From assembly GCA_965140445.1 (NCBI GenBank), contig OZ223236.1:4992001-5056000 (forward strand): a DNA stretch of 64,000 nt. The letters run 5' to 3'. The notes beneath the pieces are model-generated. The model was given only the letters and a program-made list of their open reading frames with translations, was not told where the DNA came from and did not search any database. Shown piece after piece: positions 37,101 through 46,297 of this stretch. The first letter of the stretch is position 1, and every line of letters starts with the position of its first letter. Both the position numbers and the translations under genes were made by a program. The DNA comes from Candidatus Ozemobacteraceae bacterium (GTDB taxonomy: Bacteria > Muiribacteriota > Ozemobacteria > Ozemobacterales > Ozemobacteraceae).

Positions 37101-40100
37101 TGTTTTTATAGTTGTCAAAAAAACCTGTATTTTCTTTCTCAATCCCAATCGTCTCTGTCTTTGCTATAAATTCATCCGACCTGCATACAACAGAATCAAA
37201 TGGGGGGAGCTCAAGCAATCTTACGCAACTGCTACTCCGCAAAGTAAGCTTTTCAATCTCTGGAGATTCTTGTTCAATTGAGGAAAGAATTTTTTCATCA
37301 AAAATAATCGGGCAATCTGAGTAATCCTTAGTCAATGCTTCATAAGCTTCCGCCTCTTTAAAAGGTTTACCTAGAATTGCAAAATCTAATCTAGAATCTG
37401 AGCTGCCAATCTCGCCTGAAGTTAATTCCCCGTGAGCAAGACCAATTCCAGCCTGGTATTCAAATTCTCCTTTGCCTAGTCTTTCTTTATTGATTTTTCT
37501 CAGTCTGTAGATCATTCCAACCGCAGCTTTATACGCCCTCAGTTCTGGCTTTTCCGTAAATTTATCACCTGATTCCGGAAGGAAAACGGCCTCAATCGCG
37601 TCACCAATAAATTTGTAAATTCTCCCGCCTCGACTGACAATCTCTTCTGCCATTTCAGCAAAATGAATATTTAATAAGCTGGTAATAATTTTTGGGTCAT
37701 TCTGCTCACACATTGCCGTGAAGCTTCTAATGTCAGAAATTAAAACTACACCTTCCTGTTTCTGTGCTCTATTACTTAATTCAGAACCCTTCATATTGGA
37801 AAGAGCTTCCACAGCTTGATCTGAAAGTATCGACGCCAATCTTTCTCTTTCTCTCAAACCGTCAACCATACCGCCAAACTCTTTTATAAGAACACCAATT
37901 TCATCTTTTCTGCTGGTTTCAAGGCTAAATCTTAAATCACCTTTTTTAATTCTCATCAATGCTATTTTTATTTTTCCTAATGGATCAATAGCCCGAAAGT
38001 ATGTAGTAAGTGCGCTTAAAACTAGAAACAATAAGCTGGCAAAGCCAACCAGTGCTAAAATAGCCACCCTCTTCCAATGATCCAGCATCATTGGAAAACG
38101 ATCTATTCCTATTATCAGTGCCACATCTCTAAAATTCTTTGACAGATATGCAACAATTGTCATCCCATCTCTTACGATCAAAAAGTAACCACTTTTCTTC
38201 GCAAAAGCGGACTCAGCAACCTTGCGAAATAAATCAATTCTCTTTTTATTAAAACTTCTACCTGGTTCTAAAATTGTATTAATACCAGTTTTCGTTCTTT
38301 TGAAGGCCAAAACCGATAAATCAGGATTTTTCATTATCAAATAACTAGTGGAAAGCTTTAAAATCCTCGGATCTATATCCGTATCCTTCCAGGAAATCAT
38401 TAAAACAAATCGGTTTTTACCTCCAACAGAGATATAGTCATGCACATATACTGTTTCACCGCGACCGATATCCATTCTGAATGGTTGGCCACGAAACCTC
38501 TCCATCTCTCTGTCAACCGTTTCATTGCCACGGGCATAAGACTGAAAAGCAGCCATGTCCTCTTCAGGAGGGGAAAATTTCGAAAATCTAACATTCTTTT
38601 CTGTTTCAGATACAATTTTTCTTAGATTTAGAGTCAATGGAATGCTAAAAAATTTCCCTAATGTATTGGATTCATCATTTCTTTTAGAATCAGGTGAGTT
38701 GGCAATCCATTTCCCGTCTAAGTCGCTGATCATAATTGAAGATAAAGGCAATGAAGATTCAGATTTTGCAAAAAATTCTTTAACCAGTTTGAAAAGCACT
38801 TCTGGATCAGATATTGCTGTTTTACTCAAGATTTGCTGAAGTTCCTTGGAATATTGAAGTCTCCTGAAAGTTTCCAGGTATTCCGTCTCCATGATTTCTT
38901 TTCTCAGTTCAAGATCATTAGCTATCTTGAGAATCTTTTCTTCCACCTGTTTTTCATCTATTTTTTCTCGCTCCATTATGTAAATACCGGAAGTTAGTGC
39001 CAATAGACTTAGCGGTATAGTTACCGATATAAGATAAGTCGCCAAAAACCTTCCTTTAAGAGAAGAAGCGGGCCAGATATTTAAAATCAATCCCCTGGCT
39101 AAAAATCCAAACATTGTTGTCCCAGCAATCAGATTGAGAAAGAACAACCACAACGGGAAATCCCCACCTTTTACTCTCGGCATAAGTAAAAAGGCTAAAA
39201 ATTGAGTAGATGGCATTATTCTTGTGTATAAAACCGCCTCACCGACTTCAATTGCCCATGGGAAACCCTTTTTTTCCCACTCAAGCAATTCATTTCTGGC
39301 AAAGCCTATCTTTTTCCGCCATGCCATGAAAGGTGAGTATTTTTTGATCTGGCGAGGAAAATAAAAATTACGATGATCTTTCTTGAATAAAGAAATAAAT
39401 CCACCGCGGAAGTTGCTTCCCAACTCTGACTTTTGAGCAACCATAAGAACAGTTGAGCGTTCAAGATCTTGCGTTCTTTTTACTACTAAAAAATAACCAA
39501 AACCACTTCCTTCGCCTAGTTTTTCGTAATCCCAAACTAACCATGAAGGCGTGCCTCTATAAATGACTGGAGTTGGAATTCCTATTTGATCTACTGCAAG
39601 AATCTGATCTACGATTCCAGATCCAAAAATCCCAGTTAGAAACTTTCTATTTCTCCTTGCTTCGAAATCCTTAACCTTGAATCCTTGCTCTAAATTTATC
39701 AGATGCCCAATAGCAATTTCCATTGGTCTTCGACTAACGGGGCCATTTTCTCCAAACTTGTCCAAGAATGAGACCTGGTTTTTCTTAAGAGTAAACATCC
39801 AAATCTCATGTTCAGGAAATGGAGTTTTAAACACCTCATTGTGAATCTTCTTTACACTTGCTTTTTCTTGCTTTTTAAAGCGATCGTCATTGAAAACATT
39901 TGTTATAAAGCTCTTAAACTTCTGGGATTTTTGCCCAAGTTGCACTTCTAAGTTTAAATTAGATTCTATTTCGCTGAGCTTTATCTTTGCTTGTTGCTCT
40001 TGTTCACTCTTTTCCCATTTGAGTGACAAATCTCGCAACTTAAAAAAACCTGCATTTAGCGCCAATACAGGGAGCGCCAAAAGCAAGACTATTAGTATGC

Positions 40101-40119
40101 TTCTAATTCTATCGCTCAT
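34165..40119 (-). CDS. Giant membrane class III adenylate cyclase with two HAMP-cyclase modules (paralog C)
   Basis: CYC1: SDIRSFT, YKFIGDAI. CYC2: DKIIGEK, DFTIIGDTVNTAAR, ELKGK. Two HAMPs (RKDEIG, RRDEIG), about 8 TM. Start 40119 (ATG) or 40155. Confidence 0.92.
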   Translation of the reverse strand: MSDRIRSILIVLLLALPVLALNAGFFKLRDLSLKWEKSEQEQQAKIKLSEIESNLNLEVQLGQKSQKFKSFITNVFNDDRFKKQEKASVKKIHNEVFKTPFPEHEIWMFTLKKNQVSFLDKFGENGPVSRRPMEIAIGHLINLEQGFKVKDFEARRNRKFLTGIFGSGIVDQILAVDQIGIPTPVIYRGTPSWLVWDYEKLGEGSGFGYFLVVKRTQDLERSTVLMVAQKSELGSNFRGGFISLFKKDHRNFYFPRQIKKYSPFMAWRKKIGFARNELLEWEKKGFPWAIEVGEAVLYTRIMPSTQFLAFLLMPRVKGGDFPLWLFFLNLIAGTTMFGFLARGLILNIWPASSLKGRFLATYLISVTIPLSLLALTSGIYIMEREKIDEKQVEEKILKIANDLELRKEIMETEYLETFRRLQYSKELQQILSKTAISDPEVLFKLVKEFFAKSESSLPLSSIMISDLDGKWIANSPDSKRNDESNTLGKFFSIPLTLNLRKIVSETEKNVRFSKFSPPEEDMAAFQSYARGNETVDREMERFRGQPFRMDIGRGETVYVHDYISVGGKNRFVLMISWKDTDIDPRILKLSTSYLIMKNPDLSVLAFKRTKTGINTILEPGRSFNKKRIDLFRKVAESAFAKKSGYFLIVRDGMTIVAYLSKNFRDVALIIGIDRFPMMLDHWKRVAILALVGFASLLFLVLSALTTYFRAIDPLGKIKIALMRIKKGDLRFSLETSRKDEIGVLIKEFGGMVDGLRERERLASILSDQAVEALSNMKGSELSNRAQKQEGVVLISDIRSFTAMCEQNDPKIITSLLNIHFAEMAEEIVSRGGRIYKFIGDAIEAVFLPESGDKFTEKPELRAYKAAVGMIYRLRKINKERLGKGEFEYQAGIGLAHGELTSGEIGSSDSRLDFAILGKPFKEAEAYEALTKDYSDCPIIFDEKILSSIEQESPEIEKLTLRSSSCVRLLELPPFDSVVCRSDEFIAKTETIGIEKENTGFFDNYKNSFSKLVFFFGAIALFLPFLVMVQKEFSTSKNKEKVLYDQAKSRIESTIAKFRVKKANHFLLEDYLDGLTEKYSDEIPWNKNGIASSSLLKMSDSVFKSLSSIHLTPSVYMCLHKPGDFTYRVPDENWQLIRSIGAGPQENEYLELLRLLAKKRYFSGYHDLTAFVPHLPFLIGKEVEATHLYNDMVARIIPIKRMGKDELLYWRPIFKWNPAKRPPKRINSDQYNIGSQAGPDAVIQVGILFILFPRSVEEGKLANLFLATAQEIGIEILVKDKSGNVIGKTNGFPDLSAKSQIDEKISSQWVTETSWIESGEEKYEIIAAEKLQTLNYEVLSAKNLFALLLLTFLLCVWYISVFKEGAISQRFSWQLWTGLLAASIVPICTIYMVNEWFAIEQRELRVKEERNSMLHTFERLERRQYLHEPLDWHQYDCISNSKKVLSLANIFGNNPTIENKEKLKLAILEEEQRYNLRDGTRFMEMMVCTNKGEQTTVNKNEGARESSAFRKFVEVVVNSIFKDLKADDFPKKNQQNLGAALKGEMTRDAGLSVARTLLGSDNYFKVVHGLNLPIKVFAASGLAYLKLIAAPSLIKPDAIFFWLYLDDLNSSCRRIAKDSETDYDVFSESRVMYGSFKFDFKGRWFRDASRMARWAHAQKSNFSERIKLYDREYLVEAKTGSYNEVMIWIGLASLDKIFKEIEDNRKSLLDYLLLTMAGILFLALLASSDLTSAIKNLTESVRSVASGNYTLRLPDTRRDEIGELFTSFNSMARGLEEKEIMGTMVSRIARLATTNEENVRDAEEGIKLEVAVMYLAIPEFSFWLTTLNSSELVCDLKNQVDLLCKIIINNGGDIDKIIGEKMLAVFYNPEGIEESIKSAMNALTEIRNSEREGVFNFPITVGLHSGEVIAGLLGVGKNRDFTIIGDTVNTAARISAKASELPRERFLVGKPITEFAQSKLEFREFGFVELKGKAEQVSLYLPIFR

Positions 40120-40189
40120 AAATTCTAAACTGCCAAGTTTTCTGGATTTAAACAAACCTAAAAAAAATCACAGAATTTACAAGCAAAAA

Positions 40190-43100
40190 TTAAATTTTAT
40201 GAAATAGTTTTAGTCCGCTGGATTTTCCCTTGAGAATAACTTCCCCGTGTAATCTAAATCTAGTGCGATCTTCAAGATTACTTACAACGTTTTCAGAGAA
40301 CAAACATCTCTGAAATCTAAATTTTTCTGCTTCTTTCTCGATTCTGGCTGAAACATTTACCGCATCTCCAATTACTGTAAAGTCTCTTTTTTCGCCAACC
40401 CCTAAATATCCACTGATGACTTCTCCGTAATTTACTCCAATGGCCACAGGGAACGGTAAATTTCCACTTTCTTCTGCCTTTAAAATCATTTCGACGATTT
40501 TTATCATGCTAAGCATAGATTCATTAAGACTTTTGCCTGGTTCAAAAACTCCAAGAAGCTTATCACCCATAATCTTATCCACGTCCCCACCAGCATCAAG
40601 AATAATTTTACAAAGCACCGAGGTTTGAATAGCAAGGTCATTAAACAGATCTGCCGGATCTCCCATCGTCAACCAGGAACTAAAGCCAGGAATTCCAATA
40701 AAAATGAAACCAAGTTCTTTTTTGAGCTGACTTTGCTCTGATCCGCAAAACTTATCTTCCCCAGAAGAGTTTCGGGCCGTTTGAGAAACCATTTTTCCCA
40801 TTAGTTCCTTCTCTTCAAGCCCTCTCGCCATATTATCAAACGCCCGACACAGATCGCCAAGCTCGTCTTTCCGATCTGTGTTGATTCTATAATGAAAATT
40901 CTGCCTGCTAATCTGCTGCATGCCCTGAATAAGGGATTTAATAGGATTTAAAATGTCAGAAACAGCTTTATGCCCAACTAGAAATAATAGAAACAAAGTG
41001 AGTATAAGTATTCTCTGGAACTTATTAGTAAGTTCTCTTATGTTTTGAAGGATTGGTGCTTGAGCAGCCATCCCGATGAGCAAACTTGTAAATTGTGCAA
41101 TTCCTGGCCGCCCCTCTATTAAGATTTTTTCATCGCCATAATTTCTTTCAAGCGAGACAGGCAAATTTGATGCTGCTATCCACGAAGCCGTTTTTTCTAA
41201 TCCAAGCTCCCCTCTCGCAACATCAGGTTCTGCAAGTCTTCCATAGCGATGACTCTCTATTGAAAAAACAGCATATTTACCCTTTGATGACCTGGCAAGC
41301 TTTGATAAATGTCCACCGCTTTCAAAAATGTTCATCCAAATAATCATAAATTTTGGATTATCTATAGACGGGATAGGTTGTATATATACTCCAGCCGCTC
41401 CAGTCGTAACTTCTAATTCAACCACCTCTCCAATTGAGTTGGCTAACCTAATATATTCATCTTCTCCAAAACTGCTTCTAACAGTTTCAAAACCCATATC
41501 CATAATCATTTCACTTTTCACATCTGATGCGGAAAATGTTTTTTTTCCTGAATCTTTTTCGATTATCGAATAAAGTCTTTTAGCTACCTGGGCCAGTAAA
41601 ATTCCAAATTCGCTTTCCTTTTTAGGGTTGTTTCCGTTACATGAAAAACTCCAACCTGTTTTACTAACCAGAACAGCTTCTCTTGGAAAAAAGTTTGTTC
41701 GCCATCTAAAAGCTTTTACACCATTACGATATTTATCTAAGAAGTATTTCTTAAACTGCTCCTTGTTCTCCGAAAATTTTGGTGACCCGAAATTTTTCTC
41801 CCCACTCTCAGCAATCTCAAGCAGTAGTTTATCAGTAGACCATTTTTTCAAAAGATTACGTGCAATTGGCTGAAAATAGAATTGCCTTAGCTCAAAGGCA
41901 TCCAAAAAACTTCTCAATTCAAGTTTTTCCTGGAATACCAATGTTCTTCCCTGCTCTGAAATAAACAAGTCCAGAACAAAGCAAACAGTAACAACAGGGA
42001 TCAAGGAAACCAGTAGAATTGAAATCCAAAGTTTTGCAGATAAGGATCGTGAAAAAAAAGTATTGCCATAGAAGCTAAAATAACAATAGAGAGAGAGAAT
42101 AATTAATAATGAAGTAACTATTACCCCCAAAGACCTCAAATTCATTCCCAGCGAATTTGGCAGTTGATAAGCTACAATTAATCGATACTTCTCTCCACCA
42201 AGAATTAAAACATCTTCATTAAAAAGATAGTTGTTATCTCTTGCCAAAGGAGAAGAATAAGTAAGTTTTTCAAACTTCTCTACAGGAAAGCCATGGGTGT
42301 TTGAAACTTTACCGTTCTGGGCAATAATTGCAAAATCAACCTCCTCTTCTCCATATCCCCACACAATAAAATCAGGAGAGTTTTTAATATTTTTTACATT
42401 TACAGAGGCCATTACCATACCGGCAATATGGTATTTCCCTGTTGGGCATCCAGACAACTTATTGGCACCATTTGCAAAAGAAATTTTTTCCAACTTTGGG
42501 TCAAATAGCTTTATATAATCCCAGAAAAAATACTCTGGTACATCATTATTTAAAACCTGAAGTGCAGCACCAAAAGTTTCAGTAGACAAAATTCCAACTG
42601 AAATATCCCGACCAAAAACCTGGGAAAGCTTGTTTGCAAAAATTAATTTATATTCCCTTGAGGGATAGCCCATGAATTTGCAAAATTGGTAAACACTTAG
42701 AGCTTTTAAAATAAGTTTGCTTTCTTCAGAAACTCCGTGCGTGTGTACTGTATTAGCTGCCAATTCAATATTTCCAGTTTTTATCTGGTCATAGTTATAA
42801 GTGAAAACAAGAAGTCTCGGCAACTTTATCCCTGATAGCTCCAGCCTTCTAGCCTCTAAAGCAGCATAGGATTTAATAGTTTGAGCATTCTTGTCATTTT
42901 CATTCCAAATTAATTTGCTATTAATGCGATTAATAAAACGGCTTATACCAAGTTCAAAAGCAACCTTTGCCGAATCTTCACTTTTTAGTTGTTCAATCAA
43001 TCTGAAGTTTTTTTGAACTCCAACAACTTTATTGAAATCATTTACCAGCTCGCTTCTCTCTTTAAAGCCGTTAAATATTCCAAAACCTAAAAGAAATAGA

Positions 43101-46100
43101 AAAACCAGAACGCAGAAAAAGGTTAGATTTGAACTTTTTCGTTCTTTCTCGCTAGAAAGATTAACCACTTTAAAACTGCCAGTATTAATATTTTCAGATT
43201 GACTAGATTTCTTTTTGAAACCGAAACTAATATTTTCCCAATCTTTTTTTATGGAATCAATTCCAGCGCTGCCTTCAGATAAAGAGAAACCAATTTCCGA
43301 GCCATTCGCAACTTTGAAAAAGTTAAAATCAAGCCAATTTATATCATTTTTTGCAGTTGGCCCCAACACAATAGGCAACAGTGGATTTAACTTGGTCAAC
43401 GCTTCTAAATTTGTCGCAGACTCCATTGGTTTGCCTAGAACAACATAATCCATTCTGGTTTCAAGACTTCCAACTCCTCCTGAAAAAAAGACGCCCTTTT
43501 CAAACCCCATCCCAATTGCATATGGGAATAGCCCACGAGATTCTCTTTCAGAATTAATTTTTCTTAAAACAAAAAACATTTCCACACTTGCCTTAAGCGC
43601 TCTCTCAGAGGCATTTAAGTCATTAAAATCTTCGTCTGGAAAAATAGCTTCAATTGCATCCCCAATAAATTTATAAATTCTTCCCCCGTGACGCATAATT
43701 ACAGATGCCATTTGAGCAAAGTGCTCATTAAGAAGTTCTGTGATTTCTTGTGGGGAATAAGATTCACAAAGAGTTGTAAAATTTCGAATATCAGAGACTA
43801 ATGCAACTCCAGAAAAGCTTTTACCTTCCAACATTGAATTAGAGGAAGTTCCAGCAGTGGCTAAAGCCTCAATAGCCTGATCAGAAAGGAGTGATGCCAG
43901 ACGCCCTCGTTCGCGCATTCCTCCAACCATTCCCGAGAACTCACCACAAACTTCGCCCAGTTCATCCAGCCTTTCTGATTTCACTTCAAATTCAAGATCG
44001 CCACCCGACACTCGATCTAATCCCTTTTTGAGCTCTGTAATTGGAGTTAGAACTAGCTTTGCTGTGAATAATGAGCTTAAATACAAAATTATTAATGACA
44101 GAATCACGATTGAAACTAAAACCAAGTATCGATTTCGGATTTCAACCTGCAAATAGTATTCGGAGATTCCGCCAACCAATATAGTGTCAGAATAATTTCT
44201 GGAAGGCAAAGCAACTATGGTATACCCGTTAATTGTTTTGCTGATAGATCCACCTCTTGCCACTGAAAGTTCTGCAATCTTAGAGGCACTTACAAGAAAC
44301 CTGGAATCATGGTGACGACTGGGAGGAACCAAAGGCTCAAATCCAATTGGAGTATTTCTAAATGCAACAAATGAAAATGTTGGATAGTTTAAACCAAAAT
44401 AATCAATGGAACTTTTTATGGTTCTTGAATCAAGCTTTCTATCATCCCATAATACATATAAAACCGCCGATTCCTTTCCATCAATTTTTAAGAAATTGTG
44501 CATCTGCGTTGCAGTATAAACTCCTAACTTTCTAGCAATAGGTGTTCCACGGCGCTTTTCAATTTCCTCAGACAACTCATAGCTTGCAACAGAGTTATAT
44601 GCTAATGAACCAAATTTTTCCTCTTCTGTTTTTTTAAAATCAGGAATTTTATCATCTGGGAATCTTGCCCTGTAATTGGCTCTTAGTCTTTCTACAATAG
44701 GAGCTCTAAACACTTTAAAAGCAAGATCAAGCTGTTCAGGAAGAGCGTCTTCATAGTAGCAAAGACCCTCGCCCGACAAATCCAAAAGATAAAATCCCAT
44801 CAGGGGCAATGGATTTTTTCTTTCTTTAAAAAACTTAAGAATACGTTTTCGAGCTTCCGGACTATTAACACCGTATTTCTTTACGATTTTTGGCAATACC
44901 GAATCGTTAAAAACTTCAGAAACAGTGGATTTATAATCATCCAGGACCTGAGTTTTTCTTGCATCAAACTGTCTTAAACACCCCATAAGCCTTGATGAAG
45001 TTTGATTCATCCTGGAAAATGAAAACTCATTCAGGTAACCTAATGCAGAAATAGCGAGCAAACTGAGTGGCATAGTCGCGACGAGCAAATAGATAACTAA
45101 AAATCTTGTTTTTAGTTTAAATTCAATCCAGATATTAAATAAGAGCCCTCTAACAGCTAATAGAAGTAGAGTCGGAATAGAAAAAAGGTTAAAAAACCAT
45201 ATCCAGATTGGAAGATTTTCTTTCTTTTCCTTTGGCAGCAGAAAAACAGTTAAATGACTTTGGTTTTTCCCAAGATGACTAAAAACATTATAAACTCCAA
45301 GCTCCTTTACAGGAGGCACACCCTCGTCCTGCCATTTTTCCAGCCCCTTTCCTAAAGACGGAACACTCGCTCTCAGCCATTTTTTAAACAGTCTTGAATG
45401 AGACAATTCCGGAAATAAAACATTGCCTTCAAAACCTGGAACAAGTGGTACAAATCCAGCAATTCCTGCTTTCCGCTTTTTTATACTTTTAAGGGCAATT
45501 AGCTTGGCAGCAATACGATTTTCTGGAGCCATTTTTGTAACAATAAAATAGCCCCAAACCCCCTTTTCAGGAATCTCCTTGTAGTCCCAAATCAACCAAT
45601 GGGGGCGCCGATTGTAAATAACATTGGTAGATTTTGCTCTCTGACTAAAGGCCAGAATATCCGGCTTTGAGTTCGGGCCAAAAAGTCTGCTGATAATTCG
45701 ATTTGATTGTCTTTGCTCAATTGCAGAAGATTCTCTTTTCTTACTGAGGCTGACGAGATAATCAAAAGCTTTTGAGAAAGCTCGCTTTCCCACTATCTGC
45801 CGGGAATGGCAAAGAAACATTTCAGACCTCTTACCAGATAAAGACGGTCTAAATGCGAATAGTTCATATTCGGGAAAAGGTTTTTTAAAAATATTTTTTA
45901 ATCTGCCACCCAGAAAACCGGTCAGAGCTTTAGGGTTAATATCCGCTTGTGCAGAAGACTCAAGGAGTTCTGAGAACTGTCCAGCATGCCTGGAAAGTTG
46001 ATACGAGAACTCAGCTCCTGAGGACAGAGATTCCAACTCCTGCCTGGCTATTTCCTGCTGCTCCTGCTCCCGCCAGCGCAAATCAATTTGTGCGAGAAAG

Positions 46101-46222
46101 TCAAAACCCAGGTTTATAGCTATTACGGGAATTAAGCACAGCAAAATTGGCAGTAGCTTTAAACCATAATCAACCGATTTTTTGTCCTTCTTCAACCCTG
46201 TAAACGCCCAATCAAACACCAA
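40190..46222 (-). CDS. Giant membrane class III adenylate cyclase with two HAMP-cyclase modules (paralog B)
   Basis: CYC1: SDIRNFT, YKFIGDAI. CYC2: DKIMGDK, DFTVIGDAVNVSAR, ILKGK. HAMPs RLDELG, RKDELG. Start codon uncertain (TTG). Confidence 0.92.
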   Translation of the reverse strand: MVFDWAFTGLKKDKKSVDYGLKLLPILLCLIPVIAINLGFDFLAQIDLRWREQEQQEIARQELESLSSGAEFSYQLSRHAGQFSELLESSAQADINPKALTGFLGGRLKNIFKKPFPEYELFAFRPSLSGKRSEMFLCHSRQIVGKRAFSKAFDYLVSLSKKRESSAIEQRQSNRIISRLFGPNSKPDILAFSQRAKSTNVIYNRRPHWLIWDYKEIPEKGVWGYFIVTKMAPENRIAAKLIALKSIKKRKAGIAGFVPLVPGFEGNVLFPELSHSRLFKKWLRASVPSLGKGLEKWQDEGVPPVKELGVYNVFSHLGKNQSHLTVFLLPKEKKENLPIWIWFFNLFSIPTLLLLAVRGLLFNIWIEFKLKTRFLVIYLLVATMPLSLLAISALGYLNEFSFSRMNQTSSRLMGCLRQFDARKTQVLDDYKSTVSEVFNDSVLPKIVKKYGVNSPEARKRILKFFKERKNPLPLMGFYLLDLSGEGLCYYEDALPEQLDLAFKVFRAPIVERLRANYRARFPDDKIPDFKKTEEEKFGSLAYNSVASYELSEEIEKRRGTPIARKLGVYTATQMHNFLKIDGKESAVLYVLWDDRKLDSRTIKSSIDYFGLNYPTFSFVAFRNTPIGFEPLVPPSRHHDSRFLVSASKIAELSVARGGSISKTINGYTIVALPSRNYSDTILVGGISEYYLQVEIRNRYLVLVSIVILSLIILYLSSLFTAKLVLTPITELKKGLDRVSGGDLEFEVKSERLDELGEVCGEFSGMVGGMRERGRLASLLSDQAIEALATAGTSSNSMLEGKSFSGVALVSDIRNFTTLCESYSPQEITELLNEHFAQMASVIMRHGGRIYKFIGDAIEAIFPDEDFNDLNASERALKASVEMFFVLRKINSERESRGLFPYAIGMGFEKGVFFSGGVGSLETRMDYVVLGKPMESATNLEALTKLNPLLPIVLGPTAKNDINWLDFNFFKVANGSEIGFSLSEGSAGIDSIKKDWENISFGFKKKSSQSENINTGSFKVVNLSSEKERKSSNLTFFCVLVFLFLLGFGIFNGFKERSELVNDFNKVVGVQKNFRLIEQLKSEDSAKVAFELGISRFINRINSKLIWNENDKNAQTIKSYAALEARRLELSGIKLPRLLVFTYNYDQIKTGNIELAANTVHTHGVSEESKLILKALSVYQFCKFMGYPSREYKLIFANKLSQVFGRDISVGILSTETFGAALQVLNNDVPEYFFWDYIKLFDPKLEKISFANGANKLSGCPTGKYHIAGMVMASVNVKNIKNSPDFIVWGYGEEEVDFAIIAQNGKVSNTHGFPVEKFEKLTYSSPLARDNNYLFNEDVLILGGEKYRLIVAYQLPNSLGMNLRSLGVIVTSLLIILSLYCYFSFYGNTFFSRSLSAKLWISILLVSLIPVVTVCFVLDLFISEQGRTLVFQEKLELRSFLDAFELRQFYFQPIARNLLKKWSTDKLLLEIAESGEKNFGSPKFSENKEQFKKYFLDKYRNGVKAFRWRTNFFPREAVLVSKTGWSFSCNGNNPKKESEFGILLAQVAKRLYSIIEKDSGKKTFSASDVKSEMIMDMGFETVRSSFGEDEYIRLANSIGEVVELEVTTGAAGVYIQPIPSIDNPKFMIIWMNIFESGGHLSKLARSSKGKYAVFSIESHRYGRLAEPDVARGELGLEKTASWIAASNLPVSLERNYGDEKILIEGRPGIAQFTSLLIGMAAQAPILQNIRELTNKFQRILILTLFLLFLVGHKAVSDILNPIKSLIQGMQQISRQNFHYRINTDRKDELGDLCRAFDNMARGLEEKELMGKMVSQTARNSSGEDKFCGSEQSQLKKELGFIFIGIPGFSSWLTMGDPADLFNDLAIQTSVLCKIILDAGGDVDKIMGDKLLGVFEPGKSLNESMLSMIKIVEMILKAEESGNLPFPVAIGVNYGEVISGYLGVGEKRDFTVIGDAVNVSARIEKEAEKFRFQRCLFSENVVSNLEDRTRFRLHGEVILKGKSSGLKLFHKI

Positions 46223-46297
46223 ATATACAAAAAAGTGATGTTTAAATTACTCTCTATTCTAGAATAAGATAAAAAGCTGAACTTTAAAACAATATTT